Below, one piece after another: positions 35,150 through 48,687 of a stretch of DNA of 64,000 bases. Within the stretch, counting starts at the first letter, position 1, and the number at the start of each line of letters is the position of its first letter. This stretch comes from Octopus sinensis. Taxonomy: Eukaryota. The DNA is taken from positions 12,834,001 through 12,898,000 of the forward strand of contig NC_043018.1 in assembly GCF_006345805.1 (NCBI RefSeq), given 5' to 3'. Made by a program: the position numbers and the translations under genes. The notes under the pieces are model-generated. The model was not told where the DNA came from. It made no database searches and was given only the letters and a program-made list of their open reading frames with translations.

Positions 35150-35540
35150 TCCGCATTGACCATCAGATAAGGGATTGGGGGACACTGTCACAGGCTTTCT
35201 CCAAGTCAACAAAGATCAAGTACAGAGGTTTATCTTTGGCTATGTATGTCTCCTGCAGCTGCCTTACCAGAAATATAGCATCAGTGGTGCTTCTCCCTGG
35301 CACAAAACCAAACTGCATCTCATCTAGTCTAACTCTCTCCCTGGTTAATTGGGTTGTGACTCTCTCCATAACCTTCATCACCTGATCCAACAATTTGATA
35401 CCTCTGTAATTATTTCTAAGGCATCACCTTTACCTTTTTAGCAGTTGACTATGGTGCTGCTACACTTCTTCGTGAATGACCTTATTTACAATATGGGTGA
35501 CTAGACCATAACCCACACGACCAGATATTTTAATAAATGG
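35150..35540 (-). mobile_element. RTE LINE RT N-terminal fragment
   Basis: NYRGIKLLDQVMKVMERV...DEMQFGFVPGRSTTDAIFLVRQLQETYIAKDKPLYLIFVDLEKACDSVP. Confidence 0.88.
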
Positions 35541-36238
35541 GATGGTAGAATGCATGAGTAAGGAGTAAGGACTTCTCATGAATGCAAAGAGCTGGGGTGA
35601 AGGTGGTGCATTGACTGGTAAAACTGGGTATATAAAAGAGATGGGGAACAACAGAATCGCACTGATGCAGTGGAAGTGAGATAAGCATAGGCATAGTGCA
35701 TGAAAAGAGGGAATGTGAGGAAGCGATGCAGTTTGGTTTGTTGGGGTTGGGAGTTTTATTGTTACACGTGGATGGACTACATCTCTCTCTCTCTTATTCT
35801 TGAATGGGGAATTATATATCCCCTCTACAGCGAGTGTCTCTCTGTCACACTCTAATCTATCATCACTTGGTACACGGCCACCTCTTCCACCTGAAAGGTT
35901 CTTTGTCTTGTGAGGTACTTGGTGACCCTGCCAATACTGGTGCCACGTAAGAAGCATCCAGTCCACACTATAAGCTGGTTGGGGTTTGGAAGGGCATCCA
36001 GCTTTTTGAACCATGCCAAAACAGACCTTGCTGGTGCTGGTACCTTGTAAAAAGCATTGTCCACTCTGTAAGCTTGTTGGTTTTAGGAAGGGCATCCAGC
36101 CGTAAAAACCAACCCAAAACGGAGAGTGAAGTTTGGGGTAGTCCTCTGGCTTGCTAGCTCCTGTCAAACCAACCAACCCATGCCAGGATGGAAAACAGAC
36201 GTTAAATGATGATGATGTATGTGTGTCTATATATATAT

Positions 36239-36301
<63 letters not shown>

Positions 36302-36423
36302 AGCATGTATGTATGCATGTACATGTTAATGCTTTCATATATATATCTGTGTGCAATGACTGATAATTAGTACACACACACACACACACACACGGTTCCT
36401 CGACATGTAATACATGAAATATT

Positions 36424-36477
<54 letters not shown>

Positions 36478-36622
36478 AACATACATACATACGTATATAT
36501 ATATATATATACACACATATACAAAATGTAAACATTTATATTTATATATGTATGTTATATATGTATGTATTACACACACACACACATATATACATACATA
36601 CATACATATATATATATATAAT

Positions 36623-36680
<58 letters not shown>

Positions 36681-36776
36681 CATACATATACATATATACA
36701 TGCAAAATGTAAACATGTATGTATGTGTGTGTATACGTGTGTATGTATGTGTGTGTGTTGCATACGTCGAGGAACG

Positions 36777-36869
36777 ATGGTGTCTAAGGAAGCTCACGTG
36801 TTCCTGCAAGAGTTGCCGGCCCTGATTAACCCCACACGCTTCAAGGTCGGAGCTATGGCTGGCAAAGAG
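36777..36869 (+). CDS. Candidate first coding exon of an unidentified plus-strand gene ([31 protein letters not shown])
   Basis: ATG, 31 open codons and a consensus GAG|GTAAGT donor in a GC/CpG-richer unique island. No downstream partner exon established. Confidence 0.25.
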
Positions 36870-38084
36870 GTAAGTTCTACGAGCAACTCTTTTCACCACA
36901 ATCTAATGCACTCACACGGGCTTTCCGCTCTCCTTACGCTCATGGATCTTGATAGCTGGTCATTCGTTATTCTCACTTACACCCTTTGTTCACATTATCG
37001 AATCAGCCGTAGACTTTTAATTATTATTTTGTCCGAGTATACAGAAATGAACAACAAAAACAAATCGGTTCTTCGTGTTTTCGTCTGTGCGAGAGAGAGA
37101 GTTGGGAGACGATGCTGTGAGGATGATGTATAATAAACCCACACATAGCTTTATACATATATATACATCCGTTTGAACACGGATAATACTTTGATCAAAT
37201 CTTTTCAATGCCAATCCAAACACTGAAACATACATCGATGTTTCGAACACAGATTCGTATCATACCACACACACACACACACACACACACACATAAACTT
37301 GGTCATACTCATGTATATGTATTATACACTCACACAATGTGTGTGTGTGTGTAGTTAAAGTAAGTGGATCTTCGTTGGTCGTCTTAGTCGACAGCTCAAG
37401 TAAATTGCCTACTCTATGCGTCTGTAAGTGGCCGAGTATTCCTCAGACACGTGTATATTAATGTAATTCTAAAGTAGATCTAGCGTCTAGGTATGTCCCG
37501 AGAGCTTAAGAAGTTCACTTGACAATCGTAAGGTCTTGGCTTCGTTACCATTCTGTGACATATTGGGCGAGTGTCTCAATAACATAACCTCGGGGGGTCA
37601 CGATTTGGAAGTGAAAATGGGTTACGGAAACTATGTCGAAGCTCGTCGGAGAAGGAACTGAAATTAAAAGCGGTCAGACTTGTTACACCCCAATGAGGAG
37701 CGTTTGTTTTGCTTCAGAAATTATAGTACGGATATAATCGTTTGCGGAATACTCAACCGTTTGTAATGAGGAGGCAGTTCAGTTGATCAAATAACTGGAA
37801 CTTCCATCTTAGAAACCAACGGAGAACCATTTACAATGTATATATACTATACACACACACACACATATACACATATATGTATGTATATACACATATATAT
37901 GTAGAAACTGCACACAGTAAGAATCGTGTAATTCTTGTAACAATTATGTCGTGTGATGATTGGTATATCCATCTATCTATCTATCTGTCTGTCTGTCTCT
38001 AGATGTATATATATCAAACTTTATCTGTTCATCTATTTACATACATCTACCTAAATTTCTTTTAGATCATACAAAAATACACAC

Positions 38085-38153
<69 letters not shown>

Positions 38154-38476
38154 CATACACGTATGTATGTATATATCACACACAGGCATATAGATAGATA
38201 GATAGATAATGTCTCCTAAATCTGACTACGAAATAAAACAAAGAGAAAAATAAAGAATACTGGAAACATTATGTTATTGAGATTTCGATTCCAAGCAAGA
38301 TTGACAATGTTTTCACTCCGTTCCCAAAATGTTGTTGGTGCTTCATGCAATAATGGTAATAATCAGAGAAAACTCTACGAACGAGGAGCCAGAAAATACT
38401 ACAAGCCCCACTTTCGATCCTATTTGTAAATTTGGGTGTTAAATTGTTTGTTTGTGGCTGCGTGTGTGCTTGTTAC

Positions 38477-38638
38477 CATATTTGTAAATCTGGGTCTTGT
38501 GTTTCTTGTGTAACCGCCTGGTTTTAACAACATCAAAGACTCTTGAATAACCAGCATCGTCACCGACACCACAAGGAACTGACGCTTTTATGGCCGTCTT
38601 ATCGTTTGATACCCAGGCAGGGATTCTACCATATCGCT
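38477..38638 (-). CDS. Candidate internal exon (RYGRIPAWVSNDKTAIKASVPCGVGDDAGYSRVFDVVKTRRLHKKHKTQIYKY)
   Basis: cccag acceptor with a weak pyrimidine tract, gtaaca donor. 162 nt, symmetric phase 1-1. Complex unique sequence between microsatellites. Confidence 0.35.
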
Positions 38639-38676
38639 CTGGGTTTATATACGGGTGTTTATATATATATACATAC

Positions 38677-38708
<32 letters not shown>

Positions 38709-39043
38709 GTACATGAGTATGATGATACGTGTATGTTTCATACGCATCTATGTATATATATACATATGTATGTATGTGTGTGTGTGTATATATACACACA
38801 CACATATACTCGTACACGTGTGTATGACCCGTATAAGATATGTTTAAAGATATACGCTCGTCACAATATATATTTCCTTTAAGGAACTATTATACACACA
38901 GGAAAAAAACACACAGACACACACACGTACAAGAAGCATCACTCTACTTCTACCTACACACATACTACCCAAAATATGGTCGAACATCATAACCCCCTCA
39001 TTCATTATATCCATCTATCTATCTATCTATATATCTATATATC

Positions 39044-39075
<32 letters not shown>

Positions 39076-39082
39076 ATATAGA

Positions 39083-40172
39083 TATATATGTGTGTGTGTG
39101 CGTGCATGCGGATGCGCACACATGTATTACATACATTTTAGACGTAACACCATTTCATAATATGGAAAGCCATCAACATCACTACCGCCTCTTTAAAAAA
39201 AGTGAAAAAATAATAATTCCTACATATAAATATAAAGTGAGACGTTCAAGCTTATTTGGAAGTAATTTTTGATATGTTATTGATACCTTCATTACTTTTA
39301 TTTATTATTATTTTTTCTGTATTTATGGGGCAGGCTGGTGTGGTAGCAGGTGTTATTTTTGTTATTGTTGCTCGTTGTTTTTAATGGTATCACCAGTGTT
39401 GTTCCATACATATGTATCTATACATAATGCATTCACACATGTTATGTGGTGTGGATGTATGTAGGCCGAGACGCCATGTACGCACACACACATATATATA
39501 TATATACACACTCACGCATATATATATATACTATATATATATAACACACTCACGCACACACATATTTATACTATATATATATGGATATATATATATTACA
39601 CACACTATATATATATGGATATATATATATATATATATAATATATATATATATGTGTGTGTGTGCGTGCATGCGGATGCGCACACATGTATTACATACAT
39701 TTTAGACGTAACACCATTTCATAATATGGAAAGCCATCAACATCACTACCGCCTCTTTAAAAAAAGTGAAAAAATAATAATTCCTACATATAAATATAAG
39801 TGAGACGTTCAAGCTTATTTGAAGTAATTTTTGATATGTTATTGATACCTTCATTACTTTTATTTATTATTATTTTTTCTGTATTTATGGGGCAGGCTGG
39901 TGTGGTAGCAGGTGTTATTTTTGTTATTGTTGCTCGTTGTTTTTAATGGTATCACAGTGTTGTTCCATACATATGTATCTATACATAATGCATTCACACA
40001 TGTTATGTGGTGTGGATGTATGTAGGCCGAGACGCCATGTACGCACACACACATATATATATACACACTCACGCATATATATATATACTATATATATATA
40101 ACACACTCACGCACACACATATTTATACTATATATATATGGATATATATATATACACACACTATATATATAT

Positions 40173-40200
<28 letters not shown>
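39083..40200. repeat. Near-identical tandem duplication, period about 564 bp
   Basis: CGTGCATGCGGATGCGCACACATG... starts at both 39101 and 39665. Outside the TA tracts the copies differ by 1-nt deletions. Confidence 0.92.
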
Positions 40201-40214
<14 letters not shown>

Positions 40215-41039
40215 TATATATATATATGGATATATATATATATATATATATATATATTACACACATCGTTTTGAAGTTTCAATCCCCTGTCGAAGGCATT
40301 CAACTCTGGGGGTAAAGTGTGAACATCACTACATCCATTTCCTCCAATTCTCGCGCCCAGTCAGTAAAATTCTATCGTGTAGAAAGCTCTGTCAACGCTC
40401 TTCTGGCATACCCGTGATGAAGGTGTTCCAGCCGTGACCATCCCATCTCTTCTAGATCTACATAATTTTTTTTTTCGTTGGGAGGAGAGGGGTTAATTGG
40501 AGGGAGATTTTAGCTGTTGTGTCTAGCAGAGCGGGCGTCGGCGTAGAGTCTCTCTCTCGTTGCTAATATTATTGCTGGAGATTCTGTTGTCGATGCTATT
40601 TTTGTCGTTGTTGTTGTTGTTGTTGTTCTTATTGGTTTTTGTAGGATGTTCAGAAAATAATGGAGAAAAATATTTTCATTCATCCACCTCCTCCTCCTCC
40701 TCCTCATCTCATTATGTTGATAGTGATGATGGTGATGGCGATCATCACCATCATCATCACCATCATCGTAATCATCATTTACACGTCATATTTACCCGTT
40801 TCGAGTAATACACATTTGCACATAGAAACAACATGAACAACTTAAATCATGCCTCGAACAACATCAGGAGAGAAGAAGAAGAGGAAGGAGGAGGAGGAGA
40901 GACGGAGACAAATTAAATTTGTTGATATGCAAAGCGACAAAGAAGCATCCACACACACATATACACCCGTACACTTCTTTGTGGTTTTTCTAGAAGGATA
41001 TTTCATATTACAACGTACAGTGTGTTCATGTCTGTGCAC

Positions 41040-41079
<40 letters not shown>

Positions 41080-41913
41080 ATTAAACAATTATAAACAATA
41101 GATTGAAAAGACTAAACCCAGCAATGTTTTTATCATGTTTTATATATGACAACATTTCAAGAAGAAAAAAAACAAACAAACCCAATAACTATTGGTGTTT
41201 TAGAAGGCAAAGTGGGAGGTTGTGATGTTTATGCCATTCCTAATGGCACCACCAGTAAAGGAAGCGAAATGACTGGTGCTTAGAATCGAAACCTGCGTTT
41301 CGGTGTTGTTTTACAGGGAGCCTCCTTTGTCACATGTCACCATTCGTATACAAACATTAGCTTTCTTCTCCATTGCTCTCTTTTCTCTTCGTTGATTTTT
41401 CTCAACGTTTATTCTAGTTTCTCAATCAAGACAAACACCCTCTTGTTGAACTATATAATAAGTGGTCGAATATTCCATAGACACACATATACCCCCCCCC
41501 CCCAACGTAATACCCAGGCAGAATAAGGAATGGTTCTGTGGTTAAGAATCCTGCTTCCCAACTAAGAGGTTTCGTGTTCAGTCCCACTGTTTGACAACAC
41601 CTTGGGCAAGTATCTTCTACAGCTCCGTGTCGACCAAATCCTTGTTAGTCAGTTTGGTAGACGAAAACCGAAAGAATGCTGTTGTGTACATGTGTATACT
41701 TATGTAACTGTTAAGAGTTAGAAAAGCGTCTGGGAATACGATTTGGGGGCAGCACTGGCAGATATGGTATTTTTACACGTTTTACCATAAGGGAGCATCT
41801 CTTCTCCACAGTGATTGCAGTGAATTTGCCTTGAGAAGTTGAAATATGTCACAAACATATTTTAGCTCACCTTGAGTTCGCTTATGCCTAAACACTGCTT
41901 GGTGATGGCACTG

Positions 41914-41916
<3 letters not shown>

Positions 41917-41996
<80 letters not shown>

Positions 41997-42075
41997 GTAT
42001 GTATTATGTATATATATGTATATATAGTATGTATGTATATATATGTATGTATGTATATGTATGTATGTATGTATT

Positions 42076-42109
<34 letters not shown>

Positions 42110-42207
42110 GTATATATATGTATGTTGTATATATATATATTATGTATGTATCTATATATGTATGTATGTATATATATGTATGTATGTAATATATATATGT
42201 ATGTATG

Positions 42208-42241
<34 letters not shown>

Positions 42242-42252
42242 ATATATGTATG

Positions 42253-42284
<32 letters not shown>

Positions 42285-42636
42285 TATATATGTATGTATG
42301 TATATATATATATATGTATGTATATTATATATATGTATGTATGTATGTATATATATGTATGTAATATATATATATATATGTATGTATGTATATATATATA
42401 TATGTATGTATATATATATATATGTATGTATATATAATATATATATGTATATATATATATATAGTATGTATGTATATATATATATGTATGTATGTATATA
42501 TATATATATATATTATATATATATATATAGATGTATGTATATATATATATATAGTATATATATATATATGTATATATATAGTATGTATGTATATGTATGT
42601 ATGTATGTATATGTATGTATGTATGTATATATATTT
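41917..42636. repeat. Long compound (TA)n/(TATG)n microsatellite
   Basis: About 720 bp of TA/TATG units, seen directly. Confidence 0.95.
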
Positions 42637-44154
42637 ACGTCCCTTTGTCTTGATAACGTGCAATAGATGTAAATGAGTGTCAACGTCTTACAAGGAATGC
42701 TCTTTATTTCCAATCTTCTGTAAAAAAAAAAAAATGTCTGGTCATAGGGAAATGTTACTATGCTTGTAAAGAGGTGAGGGTTAGCAACAGGAAGAGCTGG
42801 CTATGGAAAACCTGCTTCAATGAATTCCTCTTGACCCATGCAAACAAGCAGAAGTGGATGTTAACCCTTTAGCATTCAAATTATTCTCATGTTAAGGTTA
42901 TCTCTACATATTTGCTTTAGAAATTAAGAAAAGAAAAGAATTTCTATAGAAAATCTGCAGAGAAAACCTTAACAAGTGATTTCATAGCACTGCTAACACA
43001 GTAGGACATGGTATTGACTTGTAAAGCATTTAATATTTACTTTGTAGTATATTATGGTTGCATCATGAAAAACGGTCTCTGTGCAAGTAATTAATCAGAT
43101 TACTCTGTCAAATGTAATTCTTATTTGTGTACATTGTTTTCAGTTAATCATGTATCATCTTGTAGCTTTTAGATTTTGAGGATGTGAATGTTTATTTTTA
43201 GATTAACATTGTAGGGTTGGTGTGAGAGGTTGAATCTGGCTGACTTGAATGTAAAACAGTTGGGATATTTGGGCTGAATATGCTTAAATCTTTAGCATTT
43301 AAATATGCTTAAACGCTAAAGAGTTAAATCAATGTTGAGGATGATGTTGATGATGAATCAGAGTGATACTGTGAGTCACAAGATTGAACTCATTGAAATA
43401 TAGGTTACAGTACAGTTTCCATCTCACCAATCCCATTGACAGGGCTTGAGTTAAACTAACATTCTGGTAGAAGACACTAAATCAATTTGCTGTACCATAG
43501 GATTGAACTCAGTTCCTCTTTATCAGAAAGCCATGCCTGCAATCTCATACAATCTTACTTGTATGAGCACACACACATACACACACGCACACCTTCATTT
43601 CCCATCTTTCCCTGCCAGCAGGAATCGGATGGTTCAACAGGTTGCAGTGGGCTGGAAGACCACATCTTGCTCAAGTGTCTCAGTTTTGTCAGTTATTATG
43701 GCTTGATGCCATTCCCAATACCAACTATTTTACATAGGAGGAGACTGGGTCCTTTTTACATGGCACCAGCACTTGTAATTTTACCTTGTAAACTCAAAAG
43801 ACCAAAGGGTGGTAAACAAGTACAATATTATTTGGGCCAGGTATGACCAGTTTAAAATGCTAAAGCGTTAAATCATAGTGAAGGCAGCTTAACTATAGAT
43901 GAGTGGCTGGAAGTAACTGGAGTGGAGGAGGAAGAGAGATAGAGATGATGGTGGTGAGATGCAGAGCGTACTCGCAAGGTTTGAGATGAATAGAAGTGAG
44001 TTTGGAGCAGAAAATCAGAAGGTTGATGGGTAAAAATTGCAAAAGTGCAAGGGAGAGCACGGAAGATGATTTAGAATAAGGGTAGTGGTGAATGTAGTAA
44101 ATGGTGCTCTAGAATAGAGGTGGTGGTTGATATTAAATAGGGTGAGTGGGGGTA

Positions 44155-44186
<32 letters not shown>

Positions 44187-45215
44187 GTATGTATATCATC
44201 ATCACCATCAGCATCATTTAACATCTGTTTTTCAAGCTAGCATGGGTTAGATGGCTTGACAGGAGCTGGCAAGCCAAAAGGCTGCACCCGGCTCCACTGT
44301 CTGTTTTGGCATAATTTTTACAACTTCATGTCCTTCCTAGCACCAACCATTTTGCAGATTGGACTGGGTGCTTTTAACATGGCACCAGTGCCGGCAAGGG
44401 CAACCACTTTACAGAGTGGGTTAAATGATGATGATGGAGATGGTATATATATATATATATTATCATATTCATCATAGTCGTTTAATGTCCACTTTTCCAT
44501 GCTTGCTTGGGTTAGGCAGAGTATATCTGAGGGAGATTTTCTGTGTTGAGGCCCTTCTTGTCAACAACCTTTATCTGTTTGGAAATGAACGACACTGCTT
44601 GTATGACAATGCCACTCATCTACAACTATCATATGATGTCAAGACAGGGTGAAACAAACAGAAAACACACACACACACGCGACAAGCATCTTTCTGGTTC
44701 CATTCACCAAATTCACTCGCAAGGGTTTGATCAGCCCAGGGCTGTAGTAGAATACACTTGCCCAAGGTGCCAGGCTTTGGGACTGAAACAGGAACCGTGT
44801 GGTTGGGAAGCAAGCTTCTTACCACACAGCCATACCTCTATGTATATGTTTGTATAACACCTTTTTTTATACTAATGTACACTTAAGTAGCCAAGCTATA
44901 CAGTACTCAGTGCACACGTAACATATTCTACCCAAAAGAATGACTGTTGACACAGTGTAACTGGTTGTTATTCACCTTGGGCTTCAATCCTTTGATCTCT
45001 TCAGAAATAATAAACATTTTATTTAAAAATACTGCTTGAATAAAGGATCAATAGTAAATGTTATTGGTTTTAAGATAATGTCAACAAAATGTAAAGGGAA
45101 AGGGGAATATCAAAGTATAGAATTCATTTGTTTTCTATCCATTTTTCTATGCTTGCATGTTATTTGGAAGCATGTTATTTGAGGGATCGTCTTACAGCTG
45201 GATGCTAATCCATAC

Positions 45216-45327
45216 TTGGTCTGTAAGTGAAGGATCCCTTATTCCACTCAGCTTTAAAGACATGAAAATACCCGCCCGGAGGATTTGTTGACAGGAGAAA
45301 CTGATAGCACCCTTGCCTGTTGCATTT
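45216..45327 (-). CDS. Candidate internal exon (KCNRQGCYQFLLSTNPPGGYFHVFKAEWNKGSFTYRP)
   Basis: Strong acceptor tttgtttacatttgcaattccttgtacag and donor gtatgg. 112 nt. Retains CpGs in otherwise CpG-poor DNA. Two frames are open. Confidence 0.4.
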
Positions 45328-45403
45328 CTGTACAAGGAATTGCAAATGTAAACAAACAGAGATACACACATAGATGTATATATAATTGTGTGTATGTGTG
45401 TGA

Positions 45404-45434
<31 letters not shown>

Positions 45435-45659
45435 ACAAAAGTAAAAGTAAAATTAGACAGTATCTCAACTCAATAGACATGAATAAAACCAATAGCGTAA
45501 ATTGTGAAATTAGTTCTAATGATAATTTTCATGAACTAGATTTTGATGCTTTAGGTAAAAGTTATTCCGATTGTGAAATTGATAATACCTTTAAGATAAC
45601 AGTAATAATATTGATTATTATACTGCTAATAATCCTACTTTAACACCTACTTCTGAGAG

Positions 45660-46105
45660 AAGAATTAGTACTTCAACCATGAGTACCACATATGAGTGAA
45701 TAAATGCCTTTATAATTTCAAAAACAAAATTATGTGTCCTTTAGACAATCGATGTTCAAGGAATAATGTAGTATGTCAATGTAAGGTAATTTCAGGGATC
45801 ATAATGTAGGTTCTTCTGCTACAGGTGGAAAATCTAGATTGCATAATCATTCTACTTTTAAGTTTGGAAGAAAATGTATTGCTATGTAAACACATTTGGG
45901 ATTTGAAAGACAAGAACATGAACTATGATATAAAGTGGTCCATTATTAGTTATGTACCATCATATGGCACTTGTAATTTTAAATGTGATCTTTGTCTTGA
46001 GGAAATGTATTATATAAACACTTCTAAATTAGAATTATTAAATTGTAGAAATAATTTTACATTGAAGTGTTCTCATAATTATAGGAAAACATTTGAATAT
46101 TTTAA
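45660..46105 (+). mobile_element. Penelope-like element, GIY-YIG endonuclease C-terminal remnant
   Basis: CPLDNRCSRNNVVCQCKV...LCKHIWDLKDKNMNYDIKWSII..VPSY....KCDLCLEEMYYI...LLNCRN....KCSH, typical of the PLE endonuclease region. Confidence 0.8.
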
Positions 46106-46109
46106 AAGT

Positions 46110-48266
46110 AAATCATGCATGACATCTGCAGTAAGTTTGCTCCAGAGAGAATGCCAAGCCAGCAGAAAAAATATGATACCCAGGGATAGGGGGAGTCTAA
46201 TGAGATGATGAGCAAAAATCTCAAATAATCTAAATGGGCCACTAAAGGATAACAAACAATCCTACCTCAAATGAACATTGCTCGAGATCAGAAATGAACT
46301 CAAACGCTCCCAAGAAAAGGAGAGGGCAGAAAAGGTTGCCAGGGCTGTCAAAAATATTAAGACAAACCCTAAAGCCTTCTAGAGATGTGCAAAAGAAGCT
46401 GCTTCAGTACAGTACCAAATAGGGCCACTACTTGAAGAAAATGACTGACTGCAGACCCCCAGAGGATAAGTGAAATACTGAATGTGCAATACAAGAGTGC
46501 TTTCACAACTCCACTGAGACACTTGCAAGTAGCTATGCCTGATGAGTTCTTTGGCTGCACAGACCTACACAACAAAATGGCAATTATTGATAGCATCAAC
46601 ATAGAGGAAACTGATGTGATATCAGCCATTGATGAGATGAGCTCAAACTCAGCAACAGACCCTGGTGGATTCCCAGCAATCCTCCTAAAGAAATGCAAAG
46701 GGCCTCTGGCAAGACCCCTTCAGGTTCTCTTTCAGAGTTTCCTCACAACAGGGAGACTTCCCAAAATGTTAAAAGAAAGCATTATATGCCCTATCCATAA
46801 GGGAGGTAGCAGAGCAGGTGCTAAGAATTATAGACCTGTCTCTCTATGTCAGCAAAGTCATGGAGCGCATTGTCAGGAAGAAACTAATTGCGTTCCTTGA
46901 AGATAATGACTTGCTTCCTGATACCCAGCATGGCTTTCGCTCAGGAAGAAACTGCCTTACACAGCTTTTGCAACACTATGACTGGGTGTTGAAACAATTA
47001 ACGAATCGTTCAAATGTAGATGTGATATATCTTGACTTTGCAAAGGCCTTTGATAAGGTTGATCATGGGATGGTATGTCACAAACTACAGAGACTTGGGA
47101 TAACTGGGAAAATTGGAGAGTGGTTGCATGACTTCTTAAAAGACAGAAGCCAGGCTGTAGCAGTCAATGGAGCCCTCTCCACAGAGACATTAATAGAAAG
47201 TGGAGTGCCTCAGGGAACTGTGTTGGAGCCACTACTGTTCATGGTGGCTCTTTCAGGACATGCCATCAGTTACACAGATAGCTATACTTACTAGCTATAT
47301 CGACAACACAAAAGATAGTACAGGTAGTCAAGGAACCTTCTGATGCTAATATTCTACAGAAAGATCGAGATGCCATATATAAATGGGCTGAGGACAACAA
47401 CCTGCAGTTTATTGCAGGCAAATTCCAAGCCATCTGCTATCAGCTAATTGGTGTTCAAAAGTCACAACAACAATACTTTGGACCAAAAGGAGTGGAAATC
47501 CAAGAATCACATGGATCTTGGGATGGATATGAGCAACAACGCTTTGTTTTCCATGTATGTCTCCAAGATGGTGGCAGTGTGTAAGTGAATGACTGGATAG
47601 ATTCTGAGAATCTTCAGAACAAGGGACCAGGAAACTACGCTGGTCCTATGGAAGACATTTGTCCTCAGCTGTCTGGACTACTGTTCTCAACTATGGCCAC
47701 CTTACACTGTAAGATTAATAGCAGAACTTGAGGCAGTTCAGAGATACTACACAAAGAAGATTACATCAATGGAAGAGCTGAGCTACAAGGAGAGACTGAA
47801 AGAGCTACGACTCTACTCCTTGGAGTGAAGATGGGAAAGGTACGCAGTGATCTATGTATGGAATATACTGGAAGGGCTGGCACCAAACTTTGGAATTGGA
47901 AGTTATACCAGACCTCGAAATGGATGTCACTGGACTTTTCCAAAAGTTCCAGCTGTCTCATCTGGAGTGAGGACCACATACTGCAATAGCTTGGGATTCA
48001 AGGGTCCACAGCTATGTAACTCCTTACCAAAACATCTGAGGAACCTCCATGGAATGGGAGCATATGTTTTCAAGAAACAACTGACCTCTTACTATCCAAG
48101 ATCTCAGATGAACTAATATCAAGGCAGGAAACTCAAAAGGGAGCAGTGATATCAAACTCCCCTCCTTCACCAGAAGCCAAACCCATAGAATTGGCCAATT
48201 AAAGGTGATTACAATGGCAGTGCCCCAGTATGGCTGCAGCCTCAAGGCTGGAACATATAAAAGAAA

Positions 48267-48267
<1 letters not shown>
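46110..48267 (+). mobile_element. CR1/L2-type LINE, ORF2 RT region plus 3' tail, degenerate
   Basis: DPGGFPAILLKKC...PIHKGGSRAGAKNYRPVSL...QHGFRSGRNCLTQLL...DVIYLDFAKAFDKVDHG...SGVPQGTVLEPLLF. Frameshifts and stops present. Confidence 0.92.
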
Positions 48268-48313
<46 letters not shown>

Positions 48314-48642
48314 TCATCATCATCATCGTTTAACATCCACTTTCCATGCTGGCATAGGTTGGATGGTTTGACTGAGGACTGGTAAGCCAGAAGCTGCACC
48401 AGGCTCAATCTGATCTACCAGAGTTTCTCCAGCTGGATGCCCTTCCTAATGCCAACCACTTCGAGAGTGTAGTGGGTGCTTTTGCATGACAGGTGGTTCT
48501 GGCAACGACCATGCTCAAAAGGTGTTTTTTACATGCTACCTGCACGGGAGCAAGTTTGGCGGCACTGGCAACAACCATATTCGAATGGTGCTTTTCACGT
48601 GCCACTGGCACTGGAGCCAATCAGGTGGTACTGTCATCTGCC

Positions 48643-48687
<45 letters not shown>

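Noticed and set aside
34888-35170. Poly-Arg and poly-Leu ORFs
   Set aside because: They are readings of a (GAA/TTC)n microsatellite inside the SINE-like element.
35460-36389. 309-aa minus-strand ORF
   Set aside because: A chance read-through across microsatellite, the antisense RTE 3' UTR and RTE fragments.
29559-42713. Many YIYIYI, THTHTH and CVCVCV ORFs in the ORF track
   Set aside because: They are translations of (TA)n, (CA)n and (TATG)n microsatellites.
42918-42997. Plus-strand candidate exon KLRKEKNFYRKSAEKTLTSDFIALLT
   Set aside because: It lies inside a piggyBac-type MITE interval, the donor is weak, and no homology was recognised.
45216-45327. Assigning the candidate exon to the DPP4/DPP10 family
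   Set aside because: Only a loose resemblance to the propeller 'G.Y.H' segment, and no other DPP exon was found.
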